Assembly (NCBI GenBank): GCA_036676765.1
Contig: JAKFCH010000148.1
Location: forward strand, 11,141 to 75,140
Source: Deltaproteobacteria bacterium
GTDB taxonomy: Bacteria > Myxococcota_A > UBA796 > SXON01
Reading direction: 5' to 3'
DNA: 64,000 nucleotides
The notes under the pieces were generated by a model. That model was not told where the DNA came from. It did no database searches and worked only from the letters and a program-made list of their open reading frames with translations. Below, one piece after another: positions 8,431 through 17,745 of this stretch. Position numbers and translations under genes: made by a program. The number at the start of each line of letters is the position of its first letter. Position 1 is the first letter of the stretch.

Positions 8431-11400
8431 TATTCGGCGCAGAGGTCGATGATGCCATCGACGTAGGGGCACAACCGGATCACCCGGTGGTCGAGGTCGT
8501 TGTCGGAGCTGGTGAAGATCTCGTAGTACATCCGCTCCACGCCGGTGCCGAGCCCCCAGTCCCCGAGGTCCAGTTCGTCCATCGCGGCGGTCACGTCGGC
8601 CTCGTCGTTGCTGAGCGAGCCGGGCCCGCAGGTGTAGCCGACCAGGCCGTCGGTGGCGGCGATCGCGGCGTACTGGAAGAGCACGCGGCCGTCGTCGAAG
8701 AGGACCATGGAGAAGGTGTTCGTGGTCGACGCCACGAACTCCCGGACATCCCGCCAGTACACGCCCAGGGCGTCCGGGTATTGGATGTAGTAGATGTCGC
8801 CGCCGTAGCTCGACGCGGGATTGAGGTCGTCCCACATGCCGGCGATCGCGGTGTCGTTGTAGAAGTCGGACACCGACTCGGTGTAGTCGGTGTCGCTCGA
8901 CCCGAAGGTGATGCGCCCGTTGGACTGGACGTACAGCGTCGTCCGGTCCGTGCCGCAGTAGGGGAACGCGAAGCTCGTGAGCGTGACCGCGAGGCCCGTG
9001 TCGTCGGTCGCGGGCCCGGCCAGGATCGTGGTGGTGTCGTCCGAATCGACGGCGCCGTCGCAGTCGTCGTCGATGTCGTTGGACGTGTCCTCCCACGCGT
9101 AGGGGTGCACGGTGATGTCGGTGTCGTCACAGTCGCTGCCGTCGAGACGGTACCCGATCGGCGCCATGCACGCGGAGACGGTGGTCCCGAGCTCGTCCCC
9201 GAAGCCGTCATCGTCCTCGTCGGGGTAGTACGTCGTGTCCTCGAAGCCGTCGTCCAGGACGCCGTCGCAGTCGTTGTCGACGCCGTCGCAGAGCTCGTCC
9301 GCGCCTGGGTAGGTGGCGGGTTCGGCGTCGTCACAATCGGTCCCGTCGGCCGAGTAGCCGTCCCAGACCTCGCACGCCTCGACGGCGTCCTCGGGATCGC
9401 CGAAGTCGTCGCCATCCAGGTCGGTGTAGATGGTCGTCGTGCCGGTGACGTCCGTGTCGTCGTCGTCCGCCGCCCCGCTGCAGTCCTCGTCGGTGTCGAG
9501 GTCGTCGCACACCTCGACCATGCCTGGGTTGACGAGCGCGGCGCCGTCGTCGCAGTCGTCCGAGTCGAGCGTGTGCCCCGAGAGGAGGTCGCACGCGTAC
9601 CGGGACGCGGTCGGGTCCCCGTAGCCGTCCCGGTCGATGTCGGCGTACTGGAGGATTGTGCCCGTCACGCTGTCGTCCGCGTAGTCGACGCGGCCGTCGC
9701 AGTCCTCGTCGACGTCGGCGCTGTCGCAGGCCTCGGTCGCGGCGGGGTTCACCGTCCGTTCGGTGTCGTCGCAGTCGGTGGCGTCCGTGACCCGGCCGGA
9801 TGGCACCGAGCAGGACGTCGTGCCAGACGCGGGATCGCCGTACCCGTCCCCGTCGGCGTCGGTGTAGGAGGCGACGGCGTCGGCGGCGTCGTCCTCGTCG
9901 ACCTCCCCGTCGCAGTCGTCGTCGTCGGCGTTGCAGGTCTCGGTCTGGCCGGGGAACGCGCCGGGATCGACGTCGTCACAGTCCGTGCCGTCCGTGACGT
10001 ACCCGACCGGCTCCTCGCAGGCGTAGGTGGAGGTGCCCGGGTTGCCGAAGCCGTCCGCGTCGGCGTCGGCGTACCAGATCGGCGCGTCCACCGCGCTGTC
10101 CTCGTCGACCGTACCGTCACAGTCGTTGTCGACCGTGTCGCAAGTCTCGTCCGCGCCCGGGTACACCGCGGCGGCCTCGTCGTCGCAGTCGGTGGCATTG
10201 GAAACGAAGCCGACGGGCCTCGCGCACGCGGCGACCACGACGCCGGCATCCCCGAAGCCGTCGGCGTCGGCGTCGGCGTACCAGGTGCCGAGGTCCATGG
10301 CGTCGTCCTCGTCGATGGCGCCGTCGCAGTCGTCGTCCTCGCCGTCGCAGGTTTCGGGGGCGGAGGGGGAGGTGCTCGCGTCGAGGTCGTTGCAGTCGTC
10401 GGAGGAGGCCACGTAGTCGGCGGGGGCGACACAGCTCACCTGCGAGTAGCTGCTCGTGCCGTGACCGTCGGCGTCGGCGTCGAGGTACCAGGTGAGCGCG
10501 TCGGCGGCGTCGTCCTCGTCGACGGTGCCGTCGCAGTCGTTGTCGGCGTCGTCACACACCTCCGTGGCGTCGGGGCGGATGGCCGCGTCGGCGTCGTTGC
10601 ACTCCTCGCAGGCGGCGAACCCGTCCGCATCGCCGTCCGCGTAGGACACCGTGCCGTCACAGTTGTAGTCGGCGGGGTCCGCGCAGTCCTCGGCGGCGCC
10701 GGGGTTGTACGCCGCGTCCTCGTCGTCGCAGTCGGTCGCGTCGGCCACCCAGCCCTCGCTCGCCTCGCAAGCCAGGGCCGCGGTCGCGGCGTCGCCGTAG
10801 CTGTCCCCATCCGTGTCGGCGTAGAAGGTGCCGAGCACGTCCTCGTCGACCGCGCCGTCGCAGTCGTCGTCGACGCCGTCACACACCTCCGGCGCACCGG
10901 GGTACGTGGCCGCATCCGCCCCGTCACAATCGGTGGCATCGGCGACCCATCCCGCGGACGGCTCACAGGCGAGGGCCGTCGTGCCGGGATCGCCGAAGCC
11001 GTCGCCGTCGGCGTCGGCGTAGAAGACGCTCTCGACATCCTCGTCGACCGCGCCGTCGCAATCGTCGTCGATCACGTTGCAGGTCTCGACCGCGCTCGGG
11101 TTCACGACCGCGGAGCCGTCGTCGCACTCGGAGCAGGCGGCCCAGCCGTCCCCATCGGCGTCCGCGTAGCCGGAGGAGCCGTCGCAGTTGTAGTCGGCGG
11201 GGTCGTCGCAGTCCTCCTCGGGGGCGCCCGGGTAGTAGGCGGCCGAGGCATCGTCGCAGTCGGTCGCGTCCGCGACCGTGTTCGCGGGCTGGGCGCACGC
11301 GGTGGTCGGCACCCCCGGGTCTCCGTAGCCGTCGGCGTCGGCGTCGGTGTACCAGACGGCGTCGAGCCCGTCGTCGGGGGTCCCGTCGCAGTCCTGATCC

Positions 11401-11627
11401 ACGCCGTCGCACACCTCCTCAGCGCCCGGGTGGACGGCGGGGTTCGACTCGTCGCAGTCCTCGGCGTCGGAGTACCCGTCCGCGTCGGCGTCCACGACCT
11501 CCAGCCCGGTGTCGGTGTCGCCGTCGATGTCACTGTCTTGGGCGGTGTCGTCGACGCCGGTGTCGTCGACCTTCGCGCCGTCGCACGCCGTGACGAGGAG
11601 AACGGACAAGAGGAGGGACAGTCGCAT
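8430..11627 (-). CDS. secreted lipoprotein with about 13 MopE-type putative metal-binding Cys/Asp repeats and a NIDO-like C-terminal domain
   Basis: ORF 8430..11714. The likely start is MRLSLLLSVLLVTAC (lipobox) at 11627. There are 13 units of the pattern Y.DADGDGYGD...C....G.V.D.TDCDD....V.PGA.E.CDG.D.DCDG..DE, and a 201-aa non-repeat C-terminus. Confidence 0.85.
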   Translation of the reverse strand: MRLSLLLSVLLVTACDGAKVDDTGVDDTAQDSDIDGDTDTGLEVVDADADGYSDAEDCDESNPAVHPGAEEVCDGVDQDCDGTPDDGLDAVWYTDADADGYGDPGVPTTACAQPANTVADATDCDDASAAYYPGAPEEDCDDPADYNCDGSSGYADADGDGWAACSECDDGSAVVNPSAVETCNVIDDDCDGAVDEDVESVFYADADGDGFGDPGTTALACEPSAGWVADATDCDGADAATYPGAPEVCDGVDDDCDGAVDEDVLGTFYADTDGDSYGDAATAALACEASEGWVADATDCDDEDAAYNPGAAEDCADPADYNCDGTVSYADGDADGFAACEECNDADAAIRPDATEVCDDADNDCDGTVDEDDAADALTWYLDADADGHGTSSYSQVSCVAPADYVASSDDCNDLDASTSPSAPETCDGEDDDCDGAIDEDDAMDLGTWYADADADGFGDAGVVVAACARPVGFVSNATDCDDEAAAVYPGADETCDTVDNDCDGTVDEDSAVDAPIWYADADADGFGNPGTSTYACEEPVGYVTDGTDCDDVDPGAFPGQTETCNADDDDCDGEVDEDDAADAVASYTDADGDGYGDPASGTTSCSVPSGRVTDATDCDDTERTVNPAATEACDSADVDEDCDGRVDYADDSVTGTILQYADIDRDGYGDPTASRYACDLLSGHTLDSDDCDDGAALVNPGMVEVCDDLDTDEDCSGAADDDDTDVTGTTTIYTDLDGDDFGDPEDAVEACEVWDGYSADGTDCDDAEPATYPGADELCDGVDNDCDGVLDDGFEDTTYYPDEDDDGFGDELGTTVSACMAPIGYRLDGSDCDDTDITVHPYAWEDTSNDIDDDCDGAVDSDDTTTILAGPATDDTGLAVTLTSFAFPYCGTDRTTLYVQSNGRITFGSSDTDYTESVSDFYNDTAIAGMWDDLNPASSYGGDIYYIQYPDALGVYWRDVREFVASTTNTFSMVLFDDGRVLFQYAAIAATDGLVGYTCGPGSLSNDEADVTAAMDELDLGDWGLGTGVERMYYEIFTSSDNDLDHRVIRLCPYVDGIIDLCAE

Positions 11628-11749
11628 GGGGCTCCCCGACGAGGGCACCATACATGCCTTGCCACCCAAGGTCAACTCGGACCCTTGGCATCCGATGGTC
11701 CGGCGCCGTGCCACCTACCACGCGAAACCAAACCAGCCGTGCCAACGCC

Positions 11750-13390
11750 TCAGGGCGCCATGCGCTGGCCCTGGCAGTCCGGTGGATCATCCTCGATCGT
11801 GTCGATCAGGCGTTGGATGTCCACGGGCTTCACGAGGTGGGTGTCGAACCCGGCGTTGCGGCTCCGCGCGCGGTCGTTCGGCTGACCGTAGCCGGTGAGC
11901 GCGATGAGGCGGAACGGCGTCGAGCGCTCCGCACGCAGCTGGGTCGCGAGCTCGTAGCCGTCCATCACCGGGAGGCCGATGTCGAGGATGCCGATGTCCG
12001 GCGTGAACGTGCGGGCGAGGACGAGCGCCTCGACGGCGTCGGTCGCCGTCGCGACCTCGTGGCCCCTCGCACGCAGGACCTCCGCGATCAGCGCGCACGC
12101 GTCCTCGTTGTCGTCCACGACGAGGATGCGCCTGGCGTCGACCCCCGTCGGCACGTCGATCTCGGGGCGCGACGCGCTGTCGAAGGCGTCGGCGGCGCTC
12201 CCGAGCGGCAAGCGGACGGTGAAGGTGCTCCCGGCTCCTTCGCCGGAGCTGGACGCGTCGACCGTTCCGCCGTGGAGGCCCACCAACGTGCGAACGAGCG
12301 TGAGGCCGAGCCCCAGACCGCCGCGAGAGCGATCGACCGACTGGTTGCCCTGCACGAAGAGATCGAACACCCTCGGCAGGAGCTCGGGCGCGAGCCCCGC
12401 GCCGGTGTCGCGCACCTCGATGACGGCTTCGTCCGCTTCCTCACGGAGCTGGAGGGTGATCCGACCGCGGACATCCGTGTACTTCGCGGCGTTGGTCAGG
12501 AGGTTCGTCACGACCTGCACGAGCCTGGCTTCGTCACCGATGAACGGCAGGGGCGACGTGGGCTGGTGGACGGTCAGCTCGTGCATCCGCTGCTCGAGCA
12601 GGGGGCTGGCGGTCTCGATGGCCTTGGCGAGCACGTCACCCAGGTAGATGCGGTCACGCTTCAGCTCGAGTTTCCCGCGGGTGATGCGGGAGACATCGAG
12701 CAGATCGTCCACGAGGCGGATCATGTGATGGACCTGGCGCTCGATGATCCGCTGTTCCTTCGTCAACGCGCCGCCACTCCGCAGCGCCAGGAGCTGAAGG
12801 GCCGTGAGGATCGGCGCGAGCGGATTCCTGAGCTCGTGGCCCAGCATCGCGAGGAACGCATCCTTGGCGTGGTTCGCCTGCTCGGCGGCGAGCAAAGCGG
12901 CTCGCTCCTCCTCGCCCCGCTTCCGCTCGGTGAGATCGCGCGTCACCTTCGAGAAGCCGATCAGGTGATTCGTGTCGTCACGAACCGCGCTGATGACGAC
13001 GTTGGCCCAGAGGCGGGTACCGTCCTTTCGGATACGCCACCCTTCGTCCTCGAACCGCCCCTCGCGCTCGGCGACCTCCAGCTCGTACGCACACTTGCCC
13101 GCCCGGACCTCCTCCTCTGGGTAGAAGATCGAGAAGTGCCGCCCGAGGATGTCGGTCGCCCGATACCCCTTGATCCGCTCGGCGCCGATGTTCCAAGTGG
13201 TGACGTGCCCCTCGGGGTCCATCATGAAGATGGCGTAATCGCGGACGCTCTCCACCAGAAGTCGGAATAGCTCGCGGTTCTCCGACGCTACGCGCACCGG
13301 ATCTCCGAAGGCAGAGGCGGAAAGTGGAGTACTGCACAGGTCCGCCTCGGAGTCCGACCACTTCGATTTCACGGGCACCTCCCTGTCCAC
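11750..13390 (-). CDS. PAS-domain hybrid sensor histidine kinase with C-terminal receiver
   Basis: PAS (DYAIFMMDPEGHVTTWNIGAERIKGY...RKDGTRLWANV), H-box FLAMLGHELRNPLAP, HATPase (NLLTNAAKYT, DTGAGL, GGLGLGLTLV), receiver (ILVVDDNED...ILDIGLPVMDG...HLVKP). Confidence 0.9.
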   Translation of the reverse strand: MDREVPVKSKWSDSEADLCSTPLSASAFGDPVRVASENRELFRLLVESVRDYAIFMMDPEGHVTTWNIGAERIKGYRATDILGRHFSIFYPEEEVRAGKCAYELEVAEREGRFEDEGWRIRKDGTRLWANVVISAVRDDTNHLIGFSKVTRDLTERKRGEEERAALLAAEQANHAKDAFLAMLGHELRNPLAPILTALQLLALRSGGALTKEQRIIERQVHHMIRLVDDLLDVSRITRGKLELKRDRIYLGDVLAKAIETASPLLEQRMHELTVHQPTSPLPFIGDEARLVQVVTNLLTNAAKYTDVRGRITLQLREEADEAVIEVRDTGAGLAPELLPRVFDLFVQGNQSVDRSRGGLGLGLTLVRTLVGLHGGTVDASSSGEGAGSTFTVRLPLGSAADAFDSASRPEIDVPTGVDARRILVVDDNEDACALIAEVLRARGHEVATATDAVEALVLARTFTPDIGILDIGLPVMDGYELATQLRAERSTPFRLIALTGYGQPNDRARSRNAGFDTHLVKPVDIQRLIDTIEDDPPDCQGQRMAP

Positions 13391-13458
13391 ATAACAGGCC
13401 TGCTACCCGTGTAGCCGACCGGCCGATTGGGCCAACGACCCTGGCCGGCCGGCCCGCT

Positions 13459-13707
13459 TCAGGGCTTCCAGCCGAACCGGTCGGTGATGCCCCGATCGTT
13501 CTCGATCGCGGCCGGAGCGGGATCGTCGGTGCCGTCCGGGTCGTTGAGCGGCAGCAACACCGGGGGTGACCGGTCATCCTTCGGCTGCTGCGTCGAGTCG
13601 GTGTTCGGCTGCTGCTTCAGCTCGTCGTTCGGCTGCTGCCGCAACATACGATCCATCCGCTCGTGGCTGGTCAACGGGCGACTTGGGGCCTTGGGGGAGT
13701 TGGGCAT
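13459..13707 (-). CDS. small hypothetical protein with Q-Q-P-N/K repeats
   Basis: 82-aa ORF with GC3-rich codons and the repeated motif QQPNDELKQQPNTDSTQQPKDD. No family recognised. Confidence 0.3.
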   Translation of the reverse strand: MPNSPKAPSRPLTSHERMDRMLRQQPNDELKQQPNTDSTQQPKDDRSPPVLLPLNDPDGTDDPAPAAIENDRGITDRFGWKP

Positions 13708-13886
13708 CCTGCCTCCTGTCCTAGCAAGCTAAACGAGGCCGGCCGACGACGCCGGGTTCGTGATGCTCCCTCCTGTCGAGGCAATGCCACGAATGTAATC
13801 TTTTGCCAATCCTCCCAAGCCGGCACCCGGATGCGAATCCCCCCCGAGGAAATTGGCCCGCGCTCGTTGCTGCGCTTACGGCGCAG

Positions 13887-13901
13887 GCTTACATAGTAAG
13901 C
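13887..13901. promoter_or_regulatory. candidate operator palindrome upstream of the TetR gene
   Basis: GCTTAC-ATA-GTAAGC, a perfect 6-bp inverted repeat, with one more GCTTAC at 13874-13879. It lies about 10 nt upstream of a GGAGG Shine-Dalgarno-like site (13911-13915). Confidence 0.3.
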
Positions 13902-13959
13902 GACCACCGAGGAGGCCCACCTGTCGACGACCCCCGAGAACCCCGAGGCCCGGCTGCCC

Positions 13960-14634
13960 GTGACCCGTGAGCGGGTGCTCCGCGCCGCCGTCACGATGGC
14001 CGACGAACAAGGCATCGCCACGCTCACCATGCGGGCCCTCGGCGGGGCGCTGGGCGTCCAGGCGATGTCGCTCTACAACCACGTCTCGAACAAGGACGAC
14101 ATCCTCGACGGCATCGTCGACCTCGTGGTGAGCGAGATTCAGGTCCCGTCCGAGTCCGATCCGTGGAAGATCGCCATGCGCAAGCGGGCCGTCTCGTCCC
14201 ACGCGGTGCTGCTCCGCCACCCCTGGGCCTGCGCCCTGCTCATGTCCCGGGCCAACGTGGGCCCGGCGATGCTTCGCTACATCGACGCCACCATCGGGTG
14301 CCTCCATCGGGCGGGCTTCTCCCTCGCGATGGCCGACCACGCCTGGAACGCGCTGGACAGCTTCACCTACGGCTTCACCCTCCAGAAGCTCAATTTCCCC
14401 TTCGAAGCGGACGAGTACTCGAAGATCGCCGCCGCCTACCTGCCCTCCCTCTCGGCGAAGCAGTACCCCTCCATGCGAGCACTCACCGAGCTCGTCGCCT
14501 CCGGCGGCCACGACGGCCTTCACGACCTCGATTTCGGTCTCGAGCTCCTCCTCGACGGGCTCGAGCGGTTGCTGGCGAATGGCGAGGGCGCGCGGCGGCT
14601 CGACGAACCCGCCGTGCCGGGACCGCGCTGCTGA
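13960..14634 (+). CDS. TetR-family regulator (TetR_C tetracycline-repressor-like C-domain)
   Basis: LTRERVLRAAVTMADEQGIATLTMRALGGALGVQAMSLYNHVSNKDDIL. The track start is a GTG. A CTG at about 13921 behind a GGAGG site could be the true start, so the start is uncertain. Confidence 0.85.
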   Translation: MTRERVLRAAVTMADEQGIATLTMRALGGALGVQAMSLYNHVSNKDDILDGIVDLVVSEIQVPSESDPWKIAMRKRAVSSHAVLLRHPWACALLMSRANVGPAMLRYIDATIGCLHRAGFSLAMADHAWNALDSFTYGFTLQKLNFPFEADEYSKIAAAYLPSLSAKQYPSMRALTELVASGGHDGLHDLDFGLELLLDGLERLLANGEGARRLDEPAVPGPRC

Positions 14635-14703
14635 CCACGGCAATGTGATGGGATAGGCGGGATCCAAGCCAACTTGGTCGGGCGCGGGCATCGGCGCGCA
14701 CCC

Positions 14704-15060
14704 CTACCAGTTGGACATGGCGCCCAGGTTGACGATCTTCGTGAAGCCCTGCGCTCGGAGGGTGCTCGCGGCGGCCGCGCTCCGGGCGCCGCTGCGGCAG
14801 TAGAGCACCACGGGCGTGTCCTTGGCGCCGATCTCCGCGGCACGGCGCGCGATCTGGTCGACGGGGATGTTGAGCGCTCCATCGAGGTGCCCCCCGGAAA
14901 ACTCCCCCGGCGAACGCACGTCCACGATCCGGGCGCCCGCCGCGACGAGCGCGTGGGCCTCCTTGCTGGCGCCGGCGCCCACGATGCGGCTGTAGACGAA
15001 GAACGCCACCACGGCGGCGGCGAGAACCCAGAACATCCAGCTCGACATCGAGAACCTCAC
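14704..15060 (-). CDS. membrane-anchored single-domain rhodanese (sulfurtransferase)
   Basis: N-terminal TM (WMFWVLAAAVVAFFVY), a rhodanese fold (IVDVRSPGEFSGGHLDGALNIP) and the active-site loop YCRSGARS. Confidence 0.85.
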   Translation of the reverse strand: MRFSMSSWMFWVLAAAVVAFFVYSRIVGAGASKEAHALVAAGARIVDVRSPGEFSGGHLDGALNIPVDQIARRAAEIGAKDTPVVLYCRSGARSAAAASTLRAQGFTKIVNLGAMSNW

Positions 15061-15073
15061 GCGAATGCGAACC

Positions 15074-15397
15074 TCATGGGGTCGCGGTTTGGAATTGGTG
15101 CTTCAGCAGGAGGACGAGCGGCCGGACCGCTGGATGGCGGACGCTGTACACCCGCTGGCGGCCCTCGACGACGCTCGTGACGATGCCTGCGCGACGCAGG
15201 ATGCCCAGATGCCGGCTGACGAAGGCCTGCGGGAGCCCGAGGCAATCCGTCATCGGGCCGACGCAGCAATCGCCGTCGAGCAACCCGCAGACGATGCGGA
15301 GGCGCACCGGATGGGCGAGCGCGTCGAAGAAGCTCGCCGCCGCGCCCAGGGCGTCGTCGTCGAGCGCGGTGAAGCCATCAGATTTCATATACCGCAT
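15074..15397 (-). CDS. ArsR/SmtB-family transcriptional regulator
   Basis: Real 107-aa part of ORF 15074..15658, from MRYMKSDGF. HTH FFDALAHPVRLRIVCGLLDGDCCVGPMTDCLGLPQAFVSRHLGILRRAGIV. It ends 14 nt before the rhodanese start, so an operon is likely. Confidence 0.85.
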   Translation of the reverse strand: MRYMKSDGFTALDDDALGAAASFFDALAHPVRLRIVCGLLDGDCCVGPMTDCLGLPQAFVSRHLGILRRAGIVTSVVEGRQRVYSVRHPAVRPLVLLLKHQFQTATP

Positions 15398-15492
15398 ATA
15401 ACATGTTTCGAACACGGAGCGCGGCCGGCTGCGCGTCGGGCCGGCGCCGGCGGAGGCAAACGCCAATGAAGTTGTCCGCCCCTCTTGCGAGC

Positions 15493-15518
15493 TATACGCT
15501 GTAAGCTTACAACGTATA
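15493..15518. promoter_or_regulatory. 26-nt near-perfect palindrome (candidate operator) between arsR and the SDR gene
   Basis: TATACG-c-TGTAAGCTTACA-a-CGTATA. The 12-bp core at 15500-15511 is a perfect palindrome and the 6-bp outer arms are also complementary. The context is locally AT-rich in a high-GC genome. Confidence 0.4.
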
Positions 15519-15650
15519 CGCACCCGCCCCGAGGCTCTCATGGAATCTTCCCTCTCCCGACGCCCCACCCCCCGCCAAGCCGAAAACGTCGGCCTTCTCC
15601 CGGTCGCGCGCCCCTGGCTGGCGCCCCTCCGGCGCGGATCGTTGTACTCG

Positions 15651-16580
15651 ATGCTCAAGCGCTACGGCCCGACCGGCTTCGGGTACGGCTCGTCGGCCGA
15701 GGAGGTCACCGCCGGCCTGGATCTCTCCGGCAAGACGATCCTCGTCACGGGCGTGACCTCCGGTCTCGGCCAGGAGACGGCGCGTGTGCTCTCGCTGCGC
15801 GGCGCGCGGATCATCGGGCTCGCGAGGACCGCGGCGAAGGCCCGCGAGGCCATGAGCGCGATGCCGAATGCGGTGGCCGTCGCCTGTGACCTCTCCGACC
15901 TCGCGACGGTGAGGGCCGCCGTCGCCACCGTGCGCGCGCAGGGTCTGAAGTTGGACGCGATGATCTGCAACGCCGGCGTCATGGCGATGCCGACGCTCGA
16001 GCAGCGGCACGGCTACGAGCTCCAGTTCTTCACCAACCACGTGGGCCACTTCGCGCTGGTCACCGGGCTGATCGACACCCTCGCGGACGACGGACGCGTC
16101 GTGATGCTGAGCAGCTCCGCGCACTCGGACGTAGCGCCCGACGGCATCGAGTTCGACAACCTGTCCGGCGAGCTCCGCTACGACCGCCGCAACTACGGGC
16201 AGTCGAAGCTCGCGAACCTGCTGTTCGCGAAGGAGCTGGCGAGGCGCTTCGCGGGCACGAAGCGGACGGCGAACGCCGTGCACCCCGGCGTGATCCCGAC
16301 CAACCTGGGCCGGTACATGGCGGGCTGGCTGCAGGTCGTGGTGGGGATCGGTTTCCAGATCATGGGGCCGCTGTTCTTGAAGACCGTGCCACAGGGCGCC
16401 GCGACGCAGTGCTACGTCGCCGTCCACCCCGACGCCGCCGGCCAGAACGGCGCGTACTTCGCGGACTCCAACCTCGCCGTGCCCAGCGCGCACGCCCAGG
16501 ACGCGCAGCTCGCCGCGAAGCTGTGGGAGGAGACCGAGAGGATCGTGGCCTCGCTCACTCCGGCGGTTCCGGTCGCCTGA
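15651..16580 (+). CDS. short-chain dehydrogenase/reductase (SDR) family oxidoreductase
   Basis: Real part of ORF 15540..16580, from MLKRYGPTGFG. Cofactor motif ILVTGVTSGLGQE, NAG (ICNAGV), catalytic Y..K (YGQSKLAN). Confidence 0.85.
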   Translation: MLKRYGPTGFGYGSSAEEVTAGLDLSGKTILVTGVTSGLGQETARVLSLRGARIIGLARTAAKAREAMSAMPNAVAVACDLSDLATVRAAVATVRAQGLKLDAMICNAGVMAMPTLEQRHGYELQFFTNHVGHFALVTGLIDTLADDGRVVMLSSSAHSDVAPDGIEFDNLSGELRYDRRNYGQSKLANLLFAKELARRFAGTKRTANAVHPGVIPTNLGRYMAGWLQVVVGIGFQIMGPLFLKTVPQGAATQCYVAVHPDAAGQNGAYFADSNLAVPSAHAQDAQLAAKLWEETERIVASLTPAVPVA

Positions 16581-16628
16581 TCCTGCCCGAGACCTTGCGA
16601 CGCAGCGGCCGAGATCAACGCGCAGGCG

Positions 16629-16934
16629 TCAGGTGTCCTGCGCGACGAGGAAGGTGCCACCGCCGATGCCGACATAGTCGAGCGCGGGGTTCACCACCCA
16701 CTGCGACGAGACCGCGCCCCAGGCACCCCCCACCTCGGCGACCAGCGCGGTCGCGAAGAGGGTGACACCGCACATCCCGACGAAGTGCCCGACGCGCGAG
16801 AGGGCGGTGGTATGCAGCACGTCGAACAGGAAGACCTGGAGATCGAAGCTCACGAAGGTGAGCTGGGTGAACGGCGCCACGAGGACGGCACGCATCGCGC
16901 GGGAGAGCCGCCTCGTCGCTGCCGAGGTTTGCAC
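16629..16934 (-). CDS. hypothetical small membrane protein
   Basis: 101-aa ORF with GC3-rich codons and two hydrophobic segments (FVGMCGVTLFATALVAEVGGAW). No family assignable by eye. Confidence 0.4.
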   Translation of the reverse strand: MQTSAATRRLSRAMRAVLVAPFTQLTFVSFDLQVFLFDVLHTTALSRVGHFVGMCGVTLFATALVAEVGGAWGAVSSQWVVNPALDYVGIGGGTFLVAQDT

Positions 16935-16962
16935 CTATGGTCTACCCGGGGCGACGCCGCGC

Positions 16963-17745
16963 ATGCCCATCCGCACCCTCGACGACATCCCTGCCGGGCT
17001 CCTCCTCCTCGGGCTCACGATCCTGCTCCTGGGCGTGAGCGAGCTCGGCCGGTGGCTCGGGCGCCGCTCGCGGGCCGTGGGGGATTCCAAGGAGCACACC
17101 AACGTGCTGCTCGGTGCGCTGCTCGCCCTGCTCGGGTTGATGCTCGCCTTCAGCTTCGGCATCGTCGAGGCCCGGTACCAGGCCCGAAAGCAGCTCGTCC
17201 TGCAGGAGGCCAACGCGATCGGCACCACCTGGCTGCGCGCCGGCCTCGTGAGCGGGCCGGACGGGGCGCGCCTCCAGGCGCTCCTCCGCCGGTACGTGGC
17301 GTCGCGAACGCCCATCTCGGGCGAGCATTACTCCGAGGCGCTGGAGCGCTCGGAGGAGCTCCACGCGGAGATGTGGACCACCGCCACCCGCATCGCGCAC
17401 GAGGACACGCGGTCCGTCACCTGGCTCATCATCAGCTCCCTCAACGAGGTCATCGACCTGCACGAGGAGCGCGTTGCCACCTCCCTCTACTACCGGCTGC
17501 CGAGGCCCATCCTGTGGACGATGGTGCTGGTCGCGGCCCTGTCGCTCCTCGTCCAGGGCTTCAGCTCCGGCCTGGGCGGGTTCCGGTCACTCGTGCCGAC
17601 GCTGGCGCTCATCGTCGCCATCGCGGTGGTGATGTGGCTCATCCTCGAGCTCGACGAGCCCTGGCAGCGCCTCGCGGAGATCAACCAGCAGGCGCTGGTC
17701 GACGTGCAGGAGACGATGTCCCGCGGGGCGCCGAGCTCGCCGTGA
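16963..17745 (+). CDS. DUF4239-like integral membrane protein
   Basis: Real part of ORF 16762..17745, from MPIRTLDDIPAGLLLLGLTILLLG. It has several TM helices and the stretch ARYQARKQLVLQEANAIGTTWLRA, typical of that family as I remember it. Confidence 0.65.
   Translation: MPIRTLDDIPAGLLLLGLTILLLGVSELGRWLGRRSRAVGDSKEHTNVLLGALLALLGLMLAFSFGIVEARYQARKQLVLQEANAIGTTWLRAGLVSGPDGARLQALLRRYVASRTPISGEHYSEALERSEELHAEMWTTATRIAHEDTRSVTWLIISSLNEVIDLHEERVATSLYYRLPRPILWTMVLVAALSLLVQGFSSGLGGFRSLVPTLALIVAIAVVMWLILELDEPWQRLAEINQQALVDVQETMSRGAPSSP

Noticed and set aside
11628-11714. The upstream start (MARRRTIGCQGSELTLGGKACMVPSSGSP) for the MopE-repeat lipoprotein.
   Set aside because: The internal start at 11627 gives a canonical lipoprotein signal peptide (MRLSLLLSVLLVTAC). 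The upstream extension has no signal-peptide character.
8487-11885. Very long ORFs antisense or off-frame to recognised genes (for example 8487..11885 +, 26726..28558 -, 319..1668 +, 44448..46505 +, 46545..49610 +, 49220..51586 +, 54997..57309 -, 59557..61311 -).
   Set aside because: Their translations are dominated by Arg/Gly/Pro/Ala/Val runs with no recognisable motifs. Each overlaps a gene with clear family signatures on the other strand or frame. Stop-poor shadow ORFs are expected at this GC content.
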